A stretch of 63,885 nucleotides of DNA, the filler included, from Bigelowiella natans CCMP2755 (taxonomy: Eukaryota; Protista; Cercozoa), in the NCBI GenBank assembly GCA_000320545.1. It is 6 parts of 6 records of this genome, joined end to end, with 100 filler letters (N's around TTAATTAATTAA, not from the genome) between each part and the next. Parts side by side here need not be neighbours in the genome. Positions count along the whole stretch, not along the records: positions 27,310 to 48,004 come from ADNK01001652.1; positions 48,105 to 55,567 come from ADNK01002223.1; 4 more parts are not named here. One strand, 5' to 3'. Below the pieces are notes generated by a model. It saw only the letters and a program-made list of their open reading frames with translations, was not told the origin of the DNA and did no database searches. Positions 40,918 through 53,379 of this stretch are shown piece after piece. The translations under genes and the position numbers were made by a program. How positions within the stretch are numbered: position 1 is the stretch's first letter; the number at the start of each line of letters is the position of its first letter.

Positions 40918-41619
40918 CAGCTCCGCAGTGAGACCGTGCAGTGATGATTTTTCACCTGAAAATGTTGGCAGATTAACGTGCGAACACGCACTGTCTAGGC
41001 TGCGAGCATCGTGGAGCGCACAAGCCATCACATCTAGACATGGCAGAAATGAAATGGCATCTAGCTAGATGAGTCCGACATTGCTAGATTGCTAGATTGC
41101 TACACATGACTAGCTATAGCTAGATGAGTCACAGTTACTTTTGTTGCACATGCTAGCATGTCTGTCCATGTTCAGTTGCGATGCATCTGAAAGCATGTAG
41201 GCGAGTGGTCGCATCTAGCTTGGTGTGCTGCGTGCGCAGTAGAGCTAGCTAGCTATGTTAGGCTACAGAGCTCGCTAGCTCGTCAGACACATCATGTTTG
41301 CATAATAAAGTGCACATTCACTAGGTCACAGCACTGGGCGAGACGCGCACACATGGCAAAAAAGAGAGACGCCGTGCTGACGTTACGTACACGATGACAA
41401 ATCCCATTGAAATCATTTGGATGAAATGAGCACTTTCGATGCTGCTGTGTTTACTAGTTTATAGTGTTGCACCGATCTAGCGATTTAGCGATGTTTTCGC
41501 AGGTCACTTCTAGCTAGACTTTTGTAGATGCAGGCTAGCAGGCTAGCAGGCATCGAGGAAATACCAAGCTAGCAAGCTTCCCCGCACCAGACTTTTCTTC
41601 TTTCGCATCAGTCATTTAT

Positions 41620-42684
41620 CTAGCTAGTTATGACCGAGTGCCCTGTGATGAAATTATTTGCGAAACATCCTTCCTCAAAGAAAACTTCCCAGAGATGCCA
41701 AACATACTTTCCCGCATTTATCTGAATGACGATCTCCGTCTTCCTTGTGACGACCGTATAGGTGTCATCAAGGTGCTGCTGATATTCCGAACAACTTGGT
41801 CTTGATATAAGGGCAGTGACGTATCTAAGTTTTTTCCTTTCCTTCTTACTCTCCAAGTTTCCAACAGATATGCGAATCTTTTTTGATCTTGTTGAGAAAA
41901 ACTCACAGATTCTGTCGAATTTCTGCTGCATCGTGTTCAGGGATTCCTCCACTTTGAAGCTCAGAAAAACTCGAAGAAAGTTGAAAATATTGGCTACACT
42001 TGTGAAAAGCTCTGCACCGTCATTTCTATAGTAGTCGATCCCAATTTCATCGGACACAGTCGTAGCCCATTTGCTTCTCTCGTCCGAAGTCAAGTAGTTA
42101 TCTACTTTCCTTTCAATTGTCGGAAACATTTTGATGAATTTTTGCAGTTTCTCGTTCACTTTTGTTCGAAGGCTGTACCCAGATCTTCCAGTTCTGTGCA
42201 TGCTCGCAACGTCCATCGATAACATGTGAAGAAATCTCAGGAGCGAAAACTCCATGCAGTCTGTGTAGACTCTACCACGATTATGAATTGTTATGCATTC
42301 GCTCGTTTCGATGTGGCCTCCAATTAGAAGCTGTGGTACATCTTGCGTTTTTTGATCCTGCTCCTCAGCACTTTTAGCAGTCCGCTTTTGGCGAGGTGGA
42401 GAGTTTCTTCCCTCCTCCTCCCTTAGGCTTGCGTGTCTCTGTGGGTGTGCTGGGCACAGTGGATGATTCAGATCCATCGATCGCAGCTTTCTTATCATCA
42501 TTTCTTCCTCTGCAGGAGTGCCACGCACAATGCATGCTTCCACAGCACGAATTCCGTGCTTCTTGCACAAATCGTCGATGTCAACAGACGCAGGCAGTAT
42601 GTGCTCGAGATCTACTAGGTCCACGAGCTCATGTGACACGTCTTTGTGCTCTTGCAACAAGCGGTTCAGGCTCCCATGCGTCAC
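41620..42684 (-). CDS. Intronless 354-aa protein of unknown function with YTDCMEFSLLRFL motif
   Basis: An uninterrupted ORF with globular composition. The DCxE..L.F / W...VS / Y....AEL..S..N pattern looks like a conserved Cys-containing family. The true start codon is uncertain. Confidence 0.7.
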   Translation of the reverse strand: MTHGSLNRLLQEHKDVSHELVDLVDLEHILPASVDIDDLCKKHGIRAVEACIVRGTPAEEEMMIRKLRSMDLNHPLCPAHPQRHASLREEEGRNSPPRQKRTAKSAEEQDQKTQDVPQLLIGGHIETSECITIHNRGRVYTDCMEFSLLRFLHMLSMDVASMHRTGRSGYSLRTKVNEKLQKFIKMFPTIERKVDNYLTSDERSKWATTVSDEIGIDYYRNDGAELFTSVANIFNFLRVFLSFKVEESLNTMQQKFDRICEFFSTRSKKIRISVGNLESKKERKKLRYVTALISRPSCSEYQQHLDDTYTVVTRKTEIVIQINAGKYVWHLWEVFFEEGCFANNFITGHSVITS

Positions 42685-43026
42685 GGCGCCAATTGCAATT
42701 CGGTCCCGTCCGTCCTTGTTTCTGTCGCATGCGTTTGTGTTTGTAGTTTGAATACTTTTACCAGGTCCTTGTTAAAAAAAGAAGCCATCCGCAAAGTCAG
42801 GCGAACTCTGCGGGGCCAGTTAATTGCAGGAAGAGTAGACGGGCTTCAGCCCGTCGTGGGAGAGGGTGCGTCCCTCCCTCCCAATCTAGCCCCTCCTAAT
42901 GCTAGAAGCCACCCCAAGGAATCGGCGTATCGTTCATTCCTGAAGCGAGTACCTTTTAAGCACAGAAGCTCCTTGAGGCCTTGGAGGGGGAAGTGCTGAC
43001 ACATGAAGTGGCAGATACCCCCCCGG

Positions 43027-43082
43027 GGTCCCACGAGGAATCGAACCTCGTAACCAGGTAGGTTCATAACCAAATGGGGACC
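43027..43082 (-). ncRNA. 56-nt tRNA-like element (acceptor stem + T-arm, lacking a full D/anticodon region)
   Basis: Minus strand: GGTCCCC-atttGGTTatgAACCtacctggtta-CGAGG TTCGATT CCTCG-TGGGACC. Confidence 0.45.
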
Positions 43083-43641
43083 GGAAAGTCTTCTGATCGC
43101 CGATGTCTAAAAACTTTGATTTTTGGAACTGACTTTGCGCGATGGGCCATGCATGCCAGAAAGGCAAGCAGGTTCTCTCGGCTCATGCAGCAAAAAGAAA
43201 GAAATTTCCGAGAATGAAATCCATCATCATCAACACAGGGTGAGACAACAAAATCACCCCCGATTAACCCTCAAAACGCATGCCATTCCTAGCGGTTCCA
43301 ACCCTCTCTTTGAAACATAGCGACATATGAAACAGGGCGCGATCGGAGTTCAAACGCATGCCGTTTTTTCCCTTTTTCGGGTACTTTATGCGTCTGCAAG
43401 CCTGGTTTCCCCAAACCATTGGGGTTTCTACAGCGCGACATCCAAAACTCCCCTTTTTAACTAAATTAATTTCTAATTTTCATCACGTAAAATCTTAAGC
43501 TGCCGTTGCTTCTGATCTACCACGGAGCCGAAGAAGCCACCAGAAGGGATCTCTCTCAGGTCATCATCCATAAGTCAAAACAGTTTATAAAGAGCCAAGA
43601 AATAACAAAGAATCACAGCTACAAAGTCACTTACAAAGAGA

Positions 43642-45207
43642 ATGACAGTATTTTTCACCAACGAGCCTACCCGCAACCACCCAAGGCACGCCAGGACGAT
43701 GGCGGGTCCGGAGGGGGGACATGAGAAGAAAGGGAGGGAGACCTCAGAGAAGGACCTCTACATTTACTGGGACATCGAGGGCTGCCGCGTCTCCCTACAT
43801 CCTCAGGATGGTACAAAAACAGTCGAAGCAATCACCAAGAGCATGAAGAATGCGTTCCAGAAAGATCACGGTGGCCGAGAGCCGAAGAACATTCGCATCA
43901 CGGCGTACGTTCAGACGTCTTGGGCTAGCAAGTTTCAGAACCAGGCCATGCTGCAGGAGATTCAGCAGGCCGGTGTGCAGCTTGTCCTCGTTGCCAACCC
44001 GCACAACAAACCCCAGGTCGCAGACATACAGATTATGAGGGACATTTTTCAGTACTTGCAATCGCGGAGGGGCGGGGAGGCAGCAGTCGGGCTCATCGCC
44101 GCTGACGGAGACTTCGCAGGTCACTTGGCAGTGCTCAAGAGCAGCAAAGTTTCTACCTACGTGATAACCAGTGCGAAAGGCGGATCTCGAAGTTGTCTGC
44201 ACCAATTTAATGTCATTGGAGAATGGCCGTTAGACACAGCAAAGGACGTCTTTGAATGTCAGCAGCCACCCATGAAGCAGAACTCGCCAGTCAGGAGGAG
44301 GAAAAACAATGGAAACTCCCCGGATAATGCAGATCCTTCGCTCACAGTGAAGAACAACTCCAAGATTGAAGGCAAAATCGCCAAAACTGGGCCGATGCAT
44401 GGATTCATCCGGGCTTTAGTCTGGATCTTTTCCTTCTTTTCTTCCGCCATTTTCAAAATCTTTGGCACTTCTTCAAAGCAGCCCCTGTTATCACCAGTCT
44501 CGCCGTTGCCATCGCCGTGCTCCTCAGGAGGAATTTCACCGGAAAGGATGGGGGGAAGGGTCTCTCCAAGACAGCATCGGAGGCCAGGCCGCAAAGCCAG
44601 AGCCCACACTGCATCTCCAAGAACAAGACAGGGGCGGAGGCCAGGCCGCAAAGCCAGAGCACACACTCCTAATCGCATACCGTCCCCGAAGATGACTGCA
44701 TCACCAGGACCAAGACAGGGGCGGAGGCCAGGCCGCAAAGCCAGAGCACACACTGCATCACGCACCCCGTCCCCGAAGATGACGACGAAACAAAATGCGC
44801 CCCCTACCAGAGTACCCGCCAAGGTGAAGATGGTCGAAGGGCCTTTCGCCATTGCAGAGATTCACGGAGGGAAGATCGTTCATTTCAGTGCTGACCACTG
44901 CACTCACCAAAACCCCCAAATAGGAGATGTTGTGTTGGTGTCCTACCACAATGGGGACGGGAAGACTGCTGATGATGACCTCATTATTGCATCAAACGTT
45001 CAAAAAATCATCACATCTTACGGGAACATCAGGCAGATCGGACCCTCCTGTGGGTTGATTAAGATTCCGTCGGTGAAGAGAGATGTGTTCTTCAGAAGGG
45101 AAGCTCTACATGAATATCCCCAACCAGTAAATGGCGCTTCAGTGTTGGTTTCGTATGTTTGCCACAGAAACGGGAACCTCGAGGCAATGCACGTCCGCAA
45201 GAAATAG
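43642..45207 (+). CDS. Intronless NYN (PIN-like, LabA/DUF88/limkain-type) ribonuclease with C-terminal cold-shock/OB-like domains
   Basis: YIYWDIEGC, ADIQIMRDI and LIAADGDFAGHLAVLK are NYN acidic motifs. GPSCGLIKIPSVKRDVFFRREAL...VLVSY..NGNLEAMHVR and PFAIAEIHGGKIVHFS..PQIGDVV are CSD-like. The linker has 3x RRPGRKARAHT. Confidence 0.85.
   Translation: MTVFFTNEPTRNHPRHARTMAGPEGGHEKKGRETSEKDLYIYWDIEGCRVSLHPQDGTKTVEAITKSMKNAFQKDHGGREPKNIRITAYVQTSWASKFQNQAMLQEIQQAGVQLVLVANPHNKPQVADIQIMRDIFQYLQSRRGGEAAVGLIAADGDFAGHLAVLKSSKVSTYVITSAKGGSRSCLHQFNVIGEWPLDTAKDVFECQQPPMKQNSPVRRRKNNGNSPDNADPSLTVKNNSKIEGKIAKTGPMHGFIRALVWIFSFFSSAIFKIFGTSSKQPLLSPVSPLPSPCSSGGISPERMGGRVSPRQHRRPGRKARAHTASPRTRQGRRPGRKARAHTPNRIPSPKMTASPGPRQGRRPGRKARAHTASRTPSPKMTTKQNAPPTRVPAKVKMVEGPFAIAEIHGGKIVHFSADHCTHQNPQIGDVVLVSYHNGDGKTADDDLIIASNVQKIITSYGNIRQIGPSCGLIKIPSVKRDVFFRREALHEYPQPVNGASVLVSYVCHRNGNLEAMHVRKK
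44578..44785 (+). repeat. Three coding tandem repeats (ggaggccaggccgcaaagccagagc[c/a]cacact)
   Basis: Copies at ~44579, ~44636 and ~44723. Confidence 0.9.
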
Positions 45208-46213
45208 TAGTGAAAGTTTTGTGCGAAAAAAAAAATTGATTGCCGATGCAAGAACTCAAGAAAACTCTTAGGAAAGAAAAATATGGCAATTTGTGTGGCC
45301 AAAGAATTCAACATTTTAATAAATGCATCAAAATTTCTTCCAAAATCCAATCCTTTTGCACAGTATTGCACAGCCATGATGAGTTACGTACACAACGCGC
45401 ACCTGCAGCATCTAATTCTGCCAACGCCTTCAAAATGCGGTGTTTGGCCACAACATGACTATGTTTATTTAGACTAAGGACTGATGCCATGAACTCAAGC
45501 TAGCAAGCGATGCGTACGTATTGATGCAATTTTCATGGAATCATTCTAACGACGAGAATTGATATGGCCTAGACGACAGCGCGTACGTCTAAAGATGGCG
45601 AAATTGCACACTTTGACGCTGAGTGTGGTCCCAGCGAATCCGCGTGCGACGCTTGCCATTGGCACAATCGTGTTCTCACATGCGCAAGCTGCGGATGTTT
45701 GATGGATTCTGTGTGTCATATCGGATTGCCTTATTTTGCTGCCGTTGTTGTGTGATCCTTAATTCCGTTGAATATACGCCGCTCAATTGTCAATCATGGT
45801 GCAGACAGAGCAAAGCTAGAAAGCCGCGCTGCGCAATTGACAGTTAAGATCCGCATGGCTAGATATAACTTTTGATGAATTGTTTTGCCTCGCACAAGTA
45901 AGATTAATCACGCATGGAGAGTGATGCCAAGCCTTAATTTCAATTGCCTTTGGGATTCTGAGCAATGTGTGGCCGCACACAGACCGGACTGCACATGTGT
46001 GTTTCATTCATTCCACGCCACACATCATAGCTAGTAGTACTGCACGCATATGCAATGCGAGTCATGAGAGATTCTGCGATCGAAAAGGGGCGATTCTCAC
46101 GTACGGCATGATGAGTAACTAATCCGCCAATGCAGCAGCTGATTGGCGGGGCGCATTCTATGACGCGATCATTGTATCGAACGTTCCGTTCAATGCCAAT
46201 CGTGTTGTCGGAA

Positions 46214-46878
46214 TCACAGAGAAATAGTAGCATCGCTGTCCCCCCCGGCTATTGTTGATGCGTCGAGGTCAAAGCTCAGGTCTTCCTCCATCCCCCCATC
46301 CTCATGTTCGCCACGGTGCCGGCGGGTTGAAAGCCGCTCCTGCGCGTCTGTAGCACCCAAAAACGCAGGTTGCAATCAGCACAAAATGCAATGGAGAAAA
46401 ACCCGTATGATTCGCCGCCATGCTAACGCACACATAGAACGGGGGTGGGGGGTGCTATCTATCTCCATGGCAGTCGAGATCATGCTTTTGCCTTTGATGG
46501 AGAGCCCCCAGTCGTACTTGGAGAGAAAGCTCAGCTGCATCACGCAGGAAGAGGCCATGGCCAGCGCAACACCGCTCCACAAGTACAATATCGGACGCTG
46601 CGAAGAAAGAGGTGACGGCGATTTCAAAAACGGCAACCACGTTTACGCACGCGCACATATATTTACTTTCTCCCCCCCCCCCTCTCCCTCTCTCTCACAT
46701 ACACACAACACGAACCTTTGGGGTGTAGAAGAAGACACAGGTAACAGCAATCGGCACCGCTAGTCCGTAGTACCCTAACGATCGTACAACGCAGAGAGCA
46801 AACACGTGAAGAACAGCGAACGACACCGAGGGACGAATGCCTTCATTCGCAACACAAAGAACTACATCAACTGTCCTC

Positions 46879-46918
<40 letters not shown>

Positions 46919-47444
46919 TTTTAATATACATATATTAGCTATCATGTGCCGCTGGTTTTGGAATCCACGTCACCTGCCAGCTGAAACAACGCTCCCCATC
47001 GCTGCTGCCCCAGGCCATTCATAATACCTTTCGCCGAGTCGAGAAATAAGGATGCGGCGGTATGGGAGGGTGCTAGTGCACGCGGGAAACTTCAAAAGAA
47101 CTCACCCTCCTTTCTCAGAGGTGAGAGCTTAGCCAGAATTTATGCATTTTTTGTTTGTGAGGGTGACGGGGCGGGCATGTTGGCCATAAATAAGATACGA
47201 AGTAAATATCACTGGCAGTGTGTGCTCGCTATCTCTCTCTCTCTCTCTCTCCCTCTCTCTCTGTCCCTCTCTCTTTCTCTTTGCTAAGGTCCATCACCTC
47301 CAAGTAGCATTGTTGCAGGAGTCACAAGACAACGAGCTGATCGATTTATTTATTATGTATTATTAATATTATAAAAATATATACACAACATATACGCACA
47401 CGCACATATTTATATATACATATGAGACATACACACAGTATTTT

Positions 47445-47499
<55 letters not shown>

Positions 47500-47672
47500 A
47501 ATACCACTGAGAGAACGCATAAAAGCCGTGAGGCAACGACGCGCGTCTGATCTACAAATGAATAGTGTTGGAGGGGAAGATAGCATACAGAAGATCGGAC
47601 AGAGTAGCGCAGGAGCATAATATCAGTACGTTTACGCGGCCGCAATTGTCAGTATATTGACCTCACAAGATG

Positions 47673-47703
<31 letters not shown>

Positions 47704-47749
47704 AGAGAGACAGACACAGACACACACACAGACACACACACACACACAC

Positions 47750-47806
<57 letters not shown>

Positions 47807-47930
47807 ACTACTACTACTACTACTACTACTACTACCGTTGTTTGTGTAAAAAGTGACCAAGCTCTCCCTGTACGTGAAGATCACGGCTGCAAGGATCATT
47901 GACACCACGACCCCGGTAGACATACCTATG
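46214..47930 (-). CDS. MATE-family transporter, C-terminal exons (contig-truncated)
   Basis: VVVSMILAAVIFTYRESLVTFYT, GIMNGLGQQRWGALFQL, GYYGLAVPIA, LYLWSGVALAM..VMQLSFLSKYDW. Confidence 0.75.
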
Positions 47931-48239
47931 GGAGGACACGTGAAGAGAGTCAAGATCACTGAAACAACAAGCCCATTAACACATGTTACGTGAAGTGTTT
48001 ATGTNNNNNNNNNNNNNNNNNNNNNNNNNNNNNNNNNNNNNNNNNNNNTTAATTAATTAANNNNNNNNNNNNNNNNNNNNNNNNNNNNNNNNNNNNNNNN
48101 NNNNGGAGCTGTGCAATTTCAAAGTGTTGGTTCTCTATGATTTGCCAAACTGTTGGTCTATCCTTCCTTGTCTTGCAACGCTCACACACACACAAACACA
48201 CACACACACACACACACACGTACTAAAATCGTTGGAGTA

Positions 48240-48703
48240 GGCTGACTGAAGTAGAGGACCAGTTCTTAGTGATGCAGAGAAGCCACATGCATAAACTAGG
48301 TCAGCTCATTTGTGGAACATTAATTAGTAGTGCAAATACGAGCGAGCGTACAGATATTCGCACAGAAGAGAATAAGTTGTACAACAGGGATGTGGATTAT
48401 GAAACATGGCCACCCAACTAAATGCGTATTATAAAAGCAATATACCTTTTCACTCCTTTAGTTGTATGCAAATTATTTAAGTCTTTCTGTCGTAACTGTA
48501 GCTCAACCCTTTCTCCCTCCCCCCCCCCACGCTCTGTCTCCTCTATTTGGTATAAATTAGAAATTCTCAATAACATGCACAAAACCAAGGTACTACTTCT
48601 TGTAGAGACGAAGATAGACGACACAAAGAACGATACCCACTTATTATTCGAATTCCAGGAAATCATTATCACACATTCACACACACAAATATAAATAAAT
48701 ATA

Positions 48704-48777
<74 letters not shown>

Positions 48778-49021
48778 AATTTTGCATGTGATTTTATTTC
48801 ACTAAATCGTATCGATACGGTAACAGGTCCGCCAACTGGAGGCTGAATTCGAGCGGGATTTGAAATTTGTAAAGACGGAGTTTAACGACGAGAGGTTTGT
48901 TCACGTGAGAGCTCGCTCCTTAGAGAGAAAGAATACGATACATTTAAGTCTGAATGAATGCTGGTCAATGGGCATATGCACGAGTAATATCAACCTGGTT
49001 TTGGTATTTCCTTATAGCCCA

Positions 49022-49093
<72 letters not shown>

Positions 49094-49514
49094 TCTGTCT
49101 CCCCCTTGCGCCTACGCACATAGGGATTATATAAATCGAAGCCATGAAAGAATGAAGAAGGAGGTTGATGAGCTGATAGATTAGATATCCGTCGCCACAA
49201 AAAAGACGAGCATATTTAGCACTCACATGATGATTAAAACGAAAACGACATTGCAGTTTATCCTGCTTGCGCAAGCCGTCATTCAAAGCTTTCCTCCTCA
49301 TTGTTCTTCCAGCTACAAGCGATACGGACGAGTGTTGACGCGCGCGTCAATGCCAACGCAGACAAGGCGAAGATGAACCACGAGACCATTCGCGAGGAAA
49401 TCAAGAACAAGAATCTGCAGGTCATCAACGAGCTCCGTATCAATCTTGAGACGAAGATAGATGAAATGGAAAAGGTAACCTCGATTGATGATGACGGCCC
49501 GTGATGTATGCATG

Positions 49515-49567
<53 letters not shown>

Positions 49568-49659
49568 TGTATTTGCAAACGCCGTCCTCCTTACTCTGTT
49601 TGTGCTTGTTTGTGTAGTTCTCCCTCTCTCTCTATCTCTATCTCTATCTATCTATCTCG

Positions 49660-49698
<39 letters not shown>

Positions 49699-50855
49699 TT
49701 GGAGCTGGATTTGTGCTATCATGGCGTATTCTACTAGACATCAACAAGTAATATATACTACTGATTTGTTAGGAATTCGATGACGCACACAAGGCGTACG
49801 TTGATAAGACGAAGGAAAAGAACAAAGACTTCAAGAGGCTACAAGAATCAGACCGACGGGTGCGAGCAATATACTCCTCTTCCCTGTTTTTTCCTTCCAG
49901 CCAAGGAACATCGCTTTCGCTATACTGTACACACACACACACACACATAGAAGTTAATACATGTACAATGCGCATGCAGGTTACCCAAGAGAACAAACGT
50001 ACCAAACGGAAAATCACAAAACTTCAGACGAATCTACAGGTACTTGGTGGTAGCTGTCACACCTCTCTCCCTTTTCCTCGATAGGAAACCTTACAATGAA
50101 AATAATTTTGCCTGGGGGGGATCTTCCCATGTGTTCAGCTGGGAGGCAGCCATCTTTGTTGCTGCTGACGTCAAAATTAACCATCAAAACAGACAACGAA
50201 ACACGAAATCCGGCTTAATCGCGAAGAATGCAAGTCCCGGAACAAAATACTAGCACAACAGCGTGAAATCGTCTCGCAGCATTGCCGGAATCTGAAAGCA
50301 AAGATCTCGAAGCTCCGAGGCCAAGTAAGCTGATACTACTATCCCCCCCCCCCCCCCTCCCTTCTCTGAAAATGTTTTTAAATTCTATTTGGAGCGTTTG
50401 ATCGTATTTTTATGAGCGTGAGGTTTCTCTTCAAAATTATATGGGGGCTACTAGCCCCCTCTCCCTGTACCATATAGCTCTTTATGTGACACCCGTAATT
50501 CGTGCATGGAGAGCTGCCGATGCTGTGCTCGTTTGAGAGAGTGAAAGATACTCACGGCACAAATGCGTAGCATACGAACACCGTCTATTCGCGTACGTCT
50601 GCACCGAAAAAGCAATCGAAATTTCGATTCTCGATTATCCCTGACGAGAGATTATCCCACTCCTTCGCGCACTGTGGTCGGTAGGAAAAGCAGCGGCTTG
50701 AGGAGCTCACGGTGCGGAGCAGATCTGCGCAGAAGAAGAATGAAAAGAACGTCGAGGTGGCAGAGAAAATCCTGGCTCTAATGGAGGTGATAGCGCCACG
50801 TAGTAGCCGCTCGTGTGCTTTACACATATATGCCTCCTGATGTAGGATCCCATGT

Positions 50856-50897
<42 letters not shown>

Positions 50898-51247
50898 GCG
50901 TGAGTATCCATGCAGTTAATTCACTCTTGTTTACTTTTACATTAATATTTATACCTTCTCCCAGACTGCTCGGAAAATGGAGACCGAGCGAGAGAAGGTC
51001 CTTCCTTTCTACGAAACGACCAAGATTTCCGCAGAGGGCAAGGAGATGGTCGCGAAGGAAGGCCACGAGTTCGTGGAGGATATGAAACACGCTGCGAGTA
51101 CCAACACGGCTGGAAAGAAGCTTAAAGCGACAGAGGGGTTGTTCGTTTTGAAATTTGCTCTTATATTAATACGGATGTTTGAAATTGCATCACATGCGTG
51201 CGTGGGGCGTGGAGCTCCTCTTCCATACATAATAACATAATGCAATA

Positions 51248-51280
<33 letters not shown>

Positions 51281-51883
51281 TGATGATATTAATTATTTCA
51301 ATTTGTGAATACAATCCTCCGCCTTCGGCGACTAAACAGCTACGATAACTGGGATGATTTGGAGAATTTCCATAAGAAGTACAACAAGGTGGTGCTACTT
51401 GCCTTGTAAAAATGATGAGAGCCGTTGTCATTGAGCTGCTGTGTCGGTCACCACGCCTTCCAAACCGTAAAGAGTCGCGTTAATTTGCACAATCTCGCAC
51501 GCACAAAACAGGTTCTGTTAGACAAGCTGGCAATCGAGCAGGAAAAGCTCCGGCTTCAAGAAGAAAATCGGTGTGCATATTGCGCTGAAATGAGTGATGA
51601 AGATTCCGTGCATGCTCGTAGCCCCCCCCCCCACCTACCGACGCACACCTGCGGCGGGCATGTGCCGAGTCAATGCGCGTTTTGAGACGATGTTTAGATC
51701 TGATGCTGGAATGGAAATGCGTTTTTTTTCGATTCTACTAGGGAGCTGAAGATGGTGCTGCAGCAATACCTCGATGGCATTACAATCACAGAGGATGCGG
51801 TGAACAAACCGAACTCTCTCATGATCGTCAACGGCCGCGTCGATAGGGAAATGGTAATTACCTCAAAACCGTGTTCTTTTTTT

Positions 51884-51924
<41 letters not shown>

Positions 51925-52153
51925 CCCTAAATTCTCATCACCAATTTCCCTTATGTTTTCGCATGGGGAAGATGCTATTATTGGCCACGTGCATTTTCGA
52001 GATCTGACAAGAGGCATTTGCCATGCAACTAATCAATGGAAACGCTCGTAGGTACCCGTCAGGAGGATCGGAAAAACCGTCGCAGTCGAAGCGCAGCAAG
52101 TGCACGCTGCGACAGTGCGCCAGACACAGGGCGCTCGTGCTGCGCGGCGATAA
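48240..52153 (+). CDS. CCDC65: Dynein regulatory complex subunit 2 (CCDC65/DRC2), 5'-truncated, multi-exon
   Basis: QLEAEFERDL, EKILALMETARKMETEREKVLPFY, LENFHKKYNKVLLDKLAIEQEKLRLQEENRELKMVLQQYLDGITITEDAVNKPNSLMIVN. Confidence 0.88.
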
Positions 52154-53167
52154 GCTGTTTGCAGATTTGGGAAGTGCAACAATGCGCTCTCAATCGAATG
52201 CCATGCTGTGGTATATTTTGCGTGGTGGATCAAGAAAATTTCACAACAATGATGACTGCGCTTGTCACAAAGAAAGTGTTTCCATGGCGCGAATTATTGT
52301 GCAATAAACCTACTCGCTTTTGCCCAGTTTTGTGTGTGATGTCAAGACACGTGTGCACTCTCAGCTTTAGCGTGCAGCATTGAAAGGGCTCGCGCACGTG
52401 AGATAAGGATGCAATGAAGTCGATTGTAACAAAAATATGTTCAATAGTCGCATCCCAATCGCATGCATGCAGCTCGTATGTACGTTGCATGCAAAGTGGC
52501 GGCTGCCGTCGCATAGCAGATTGACTCAATCGGCGGAATACAGAAACGTTCCTTTGGCTATTTTGTCATTATTACATGCAACATGCGATGTAAAAATTAA
52601 ACGCTCACTGCATGCGCATGATGATGCTCATTGATCATTGAACAATCTCTGTCTAGTTACTACCGTTAAATGTGCATTTGTAGATCAGTACTAGGGCAAT
52701 GGAGAATGATCATTTGCAATTTAAGCTGCGATACATGCAGGCACACGCACGTACCTCATTGTGCATCTATGAGTGTTTACCGCGCTGCAGCACATTTTAT
52801 CCACAGACATGCACGATATGCACAATGTAATGCACATGACATGCATGTTCCGTAGCACACCAGTGTACGTACACATTGTCTATTGCACTAGTGCATGCAG
52901 ATCGCATCGTCGTTATGACTTTTGCGCGGCTGTGCTATGTGCGCAGTAGTACCATAACTCATTATTGCCGTCGCTATCACATCCCCAATCTCAGTAGTTT
53001 GGACGTTCAATTCAGTACAAGACATAAATTTTGGCATAACTACGGCGGTATTGCACATCAGCTAGCAGTCAACAATCTATAGTTATTATTGACTTTGTGC
53101 TTGTTTTTGACGTTTCGCCTCCATTCGTCTTATTTGCTGTGCGAGCCACGCCTGCTTTTGCTACATA

Positions 53168-53213
<46 letters not shown>

Positions 53214-53319
53214 TGTTTTCTGATAGCATCAGCATAACCAGCATCAACATTCAAACACACGAAGAACAATTACAACAACACAAGAAACCTCAATTGAACT
53301 CATCTACAGGAACTATACG

Positions 53320-53358
<39 letters not shown>

Positions 53359-53379
53359 TGTTATAATATCCTATATCAA

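Noticed and set aside
41620-42684. Candidate for the adenine deaminase behind the TA signature
   Set aside because: No HxE...PCxxC deaminase motif is recognisable, and proximity alone is not evidence.
44259-44852. 197-aa minus-strand ORF
   Set aside because: It is antisense to the GC-rich repeat linker of the NYN gene.
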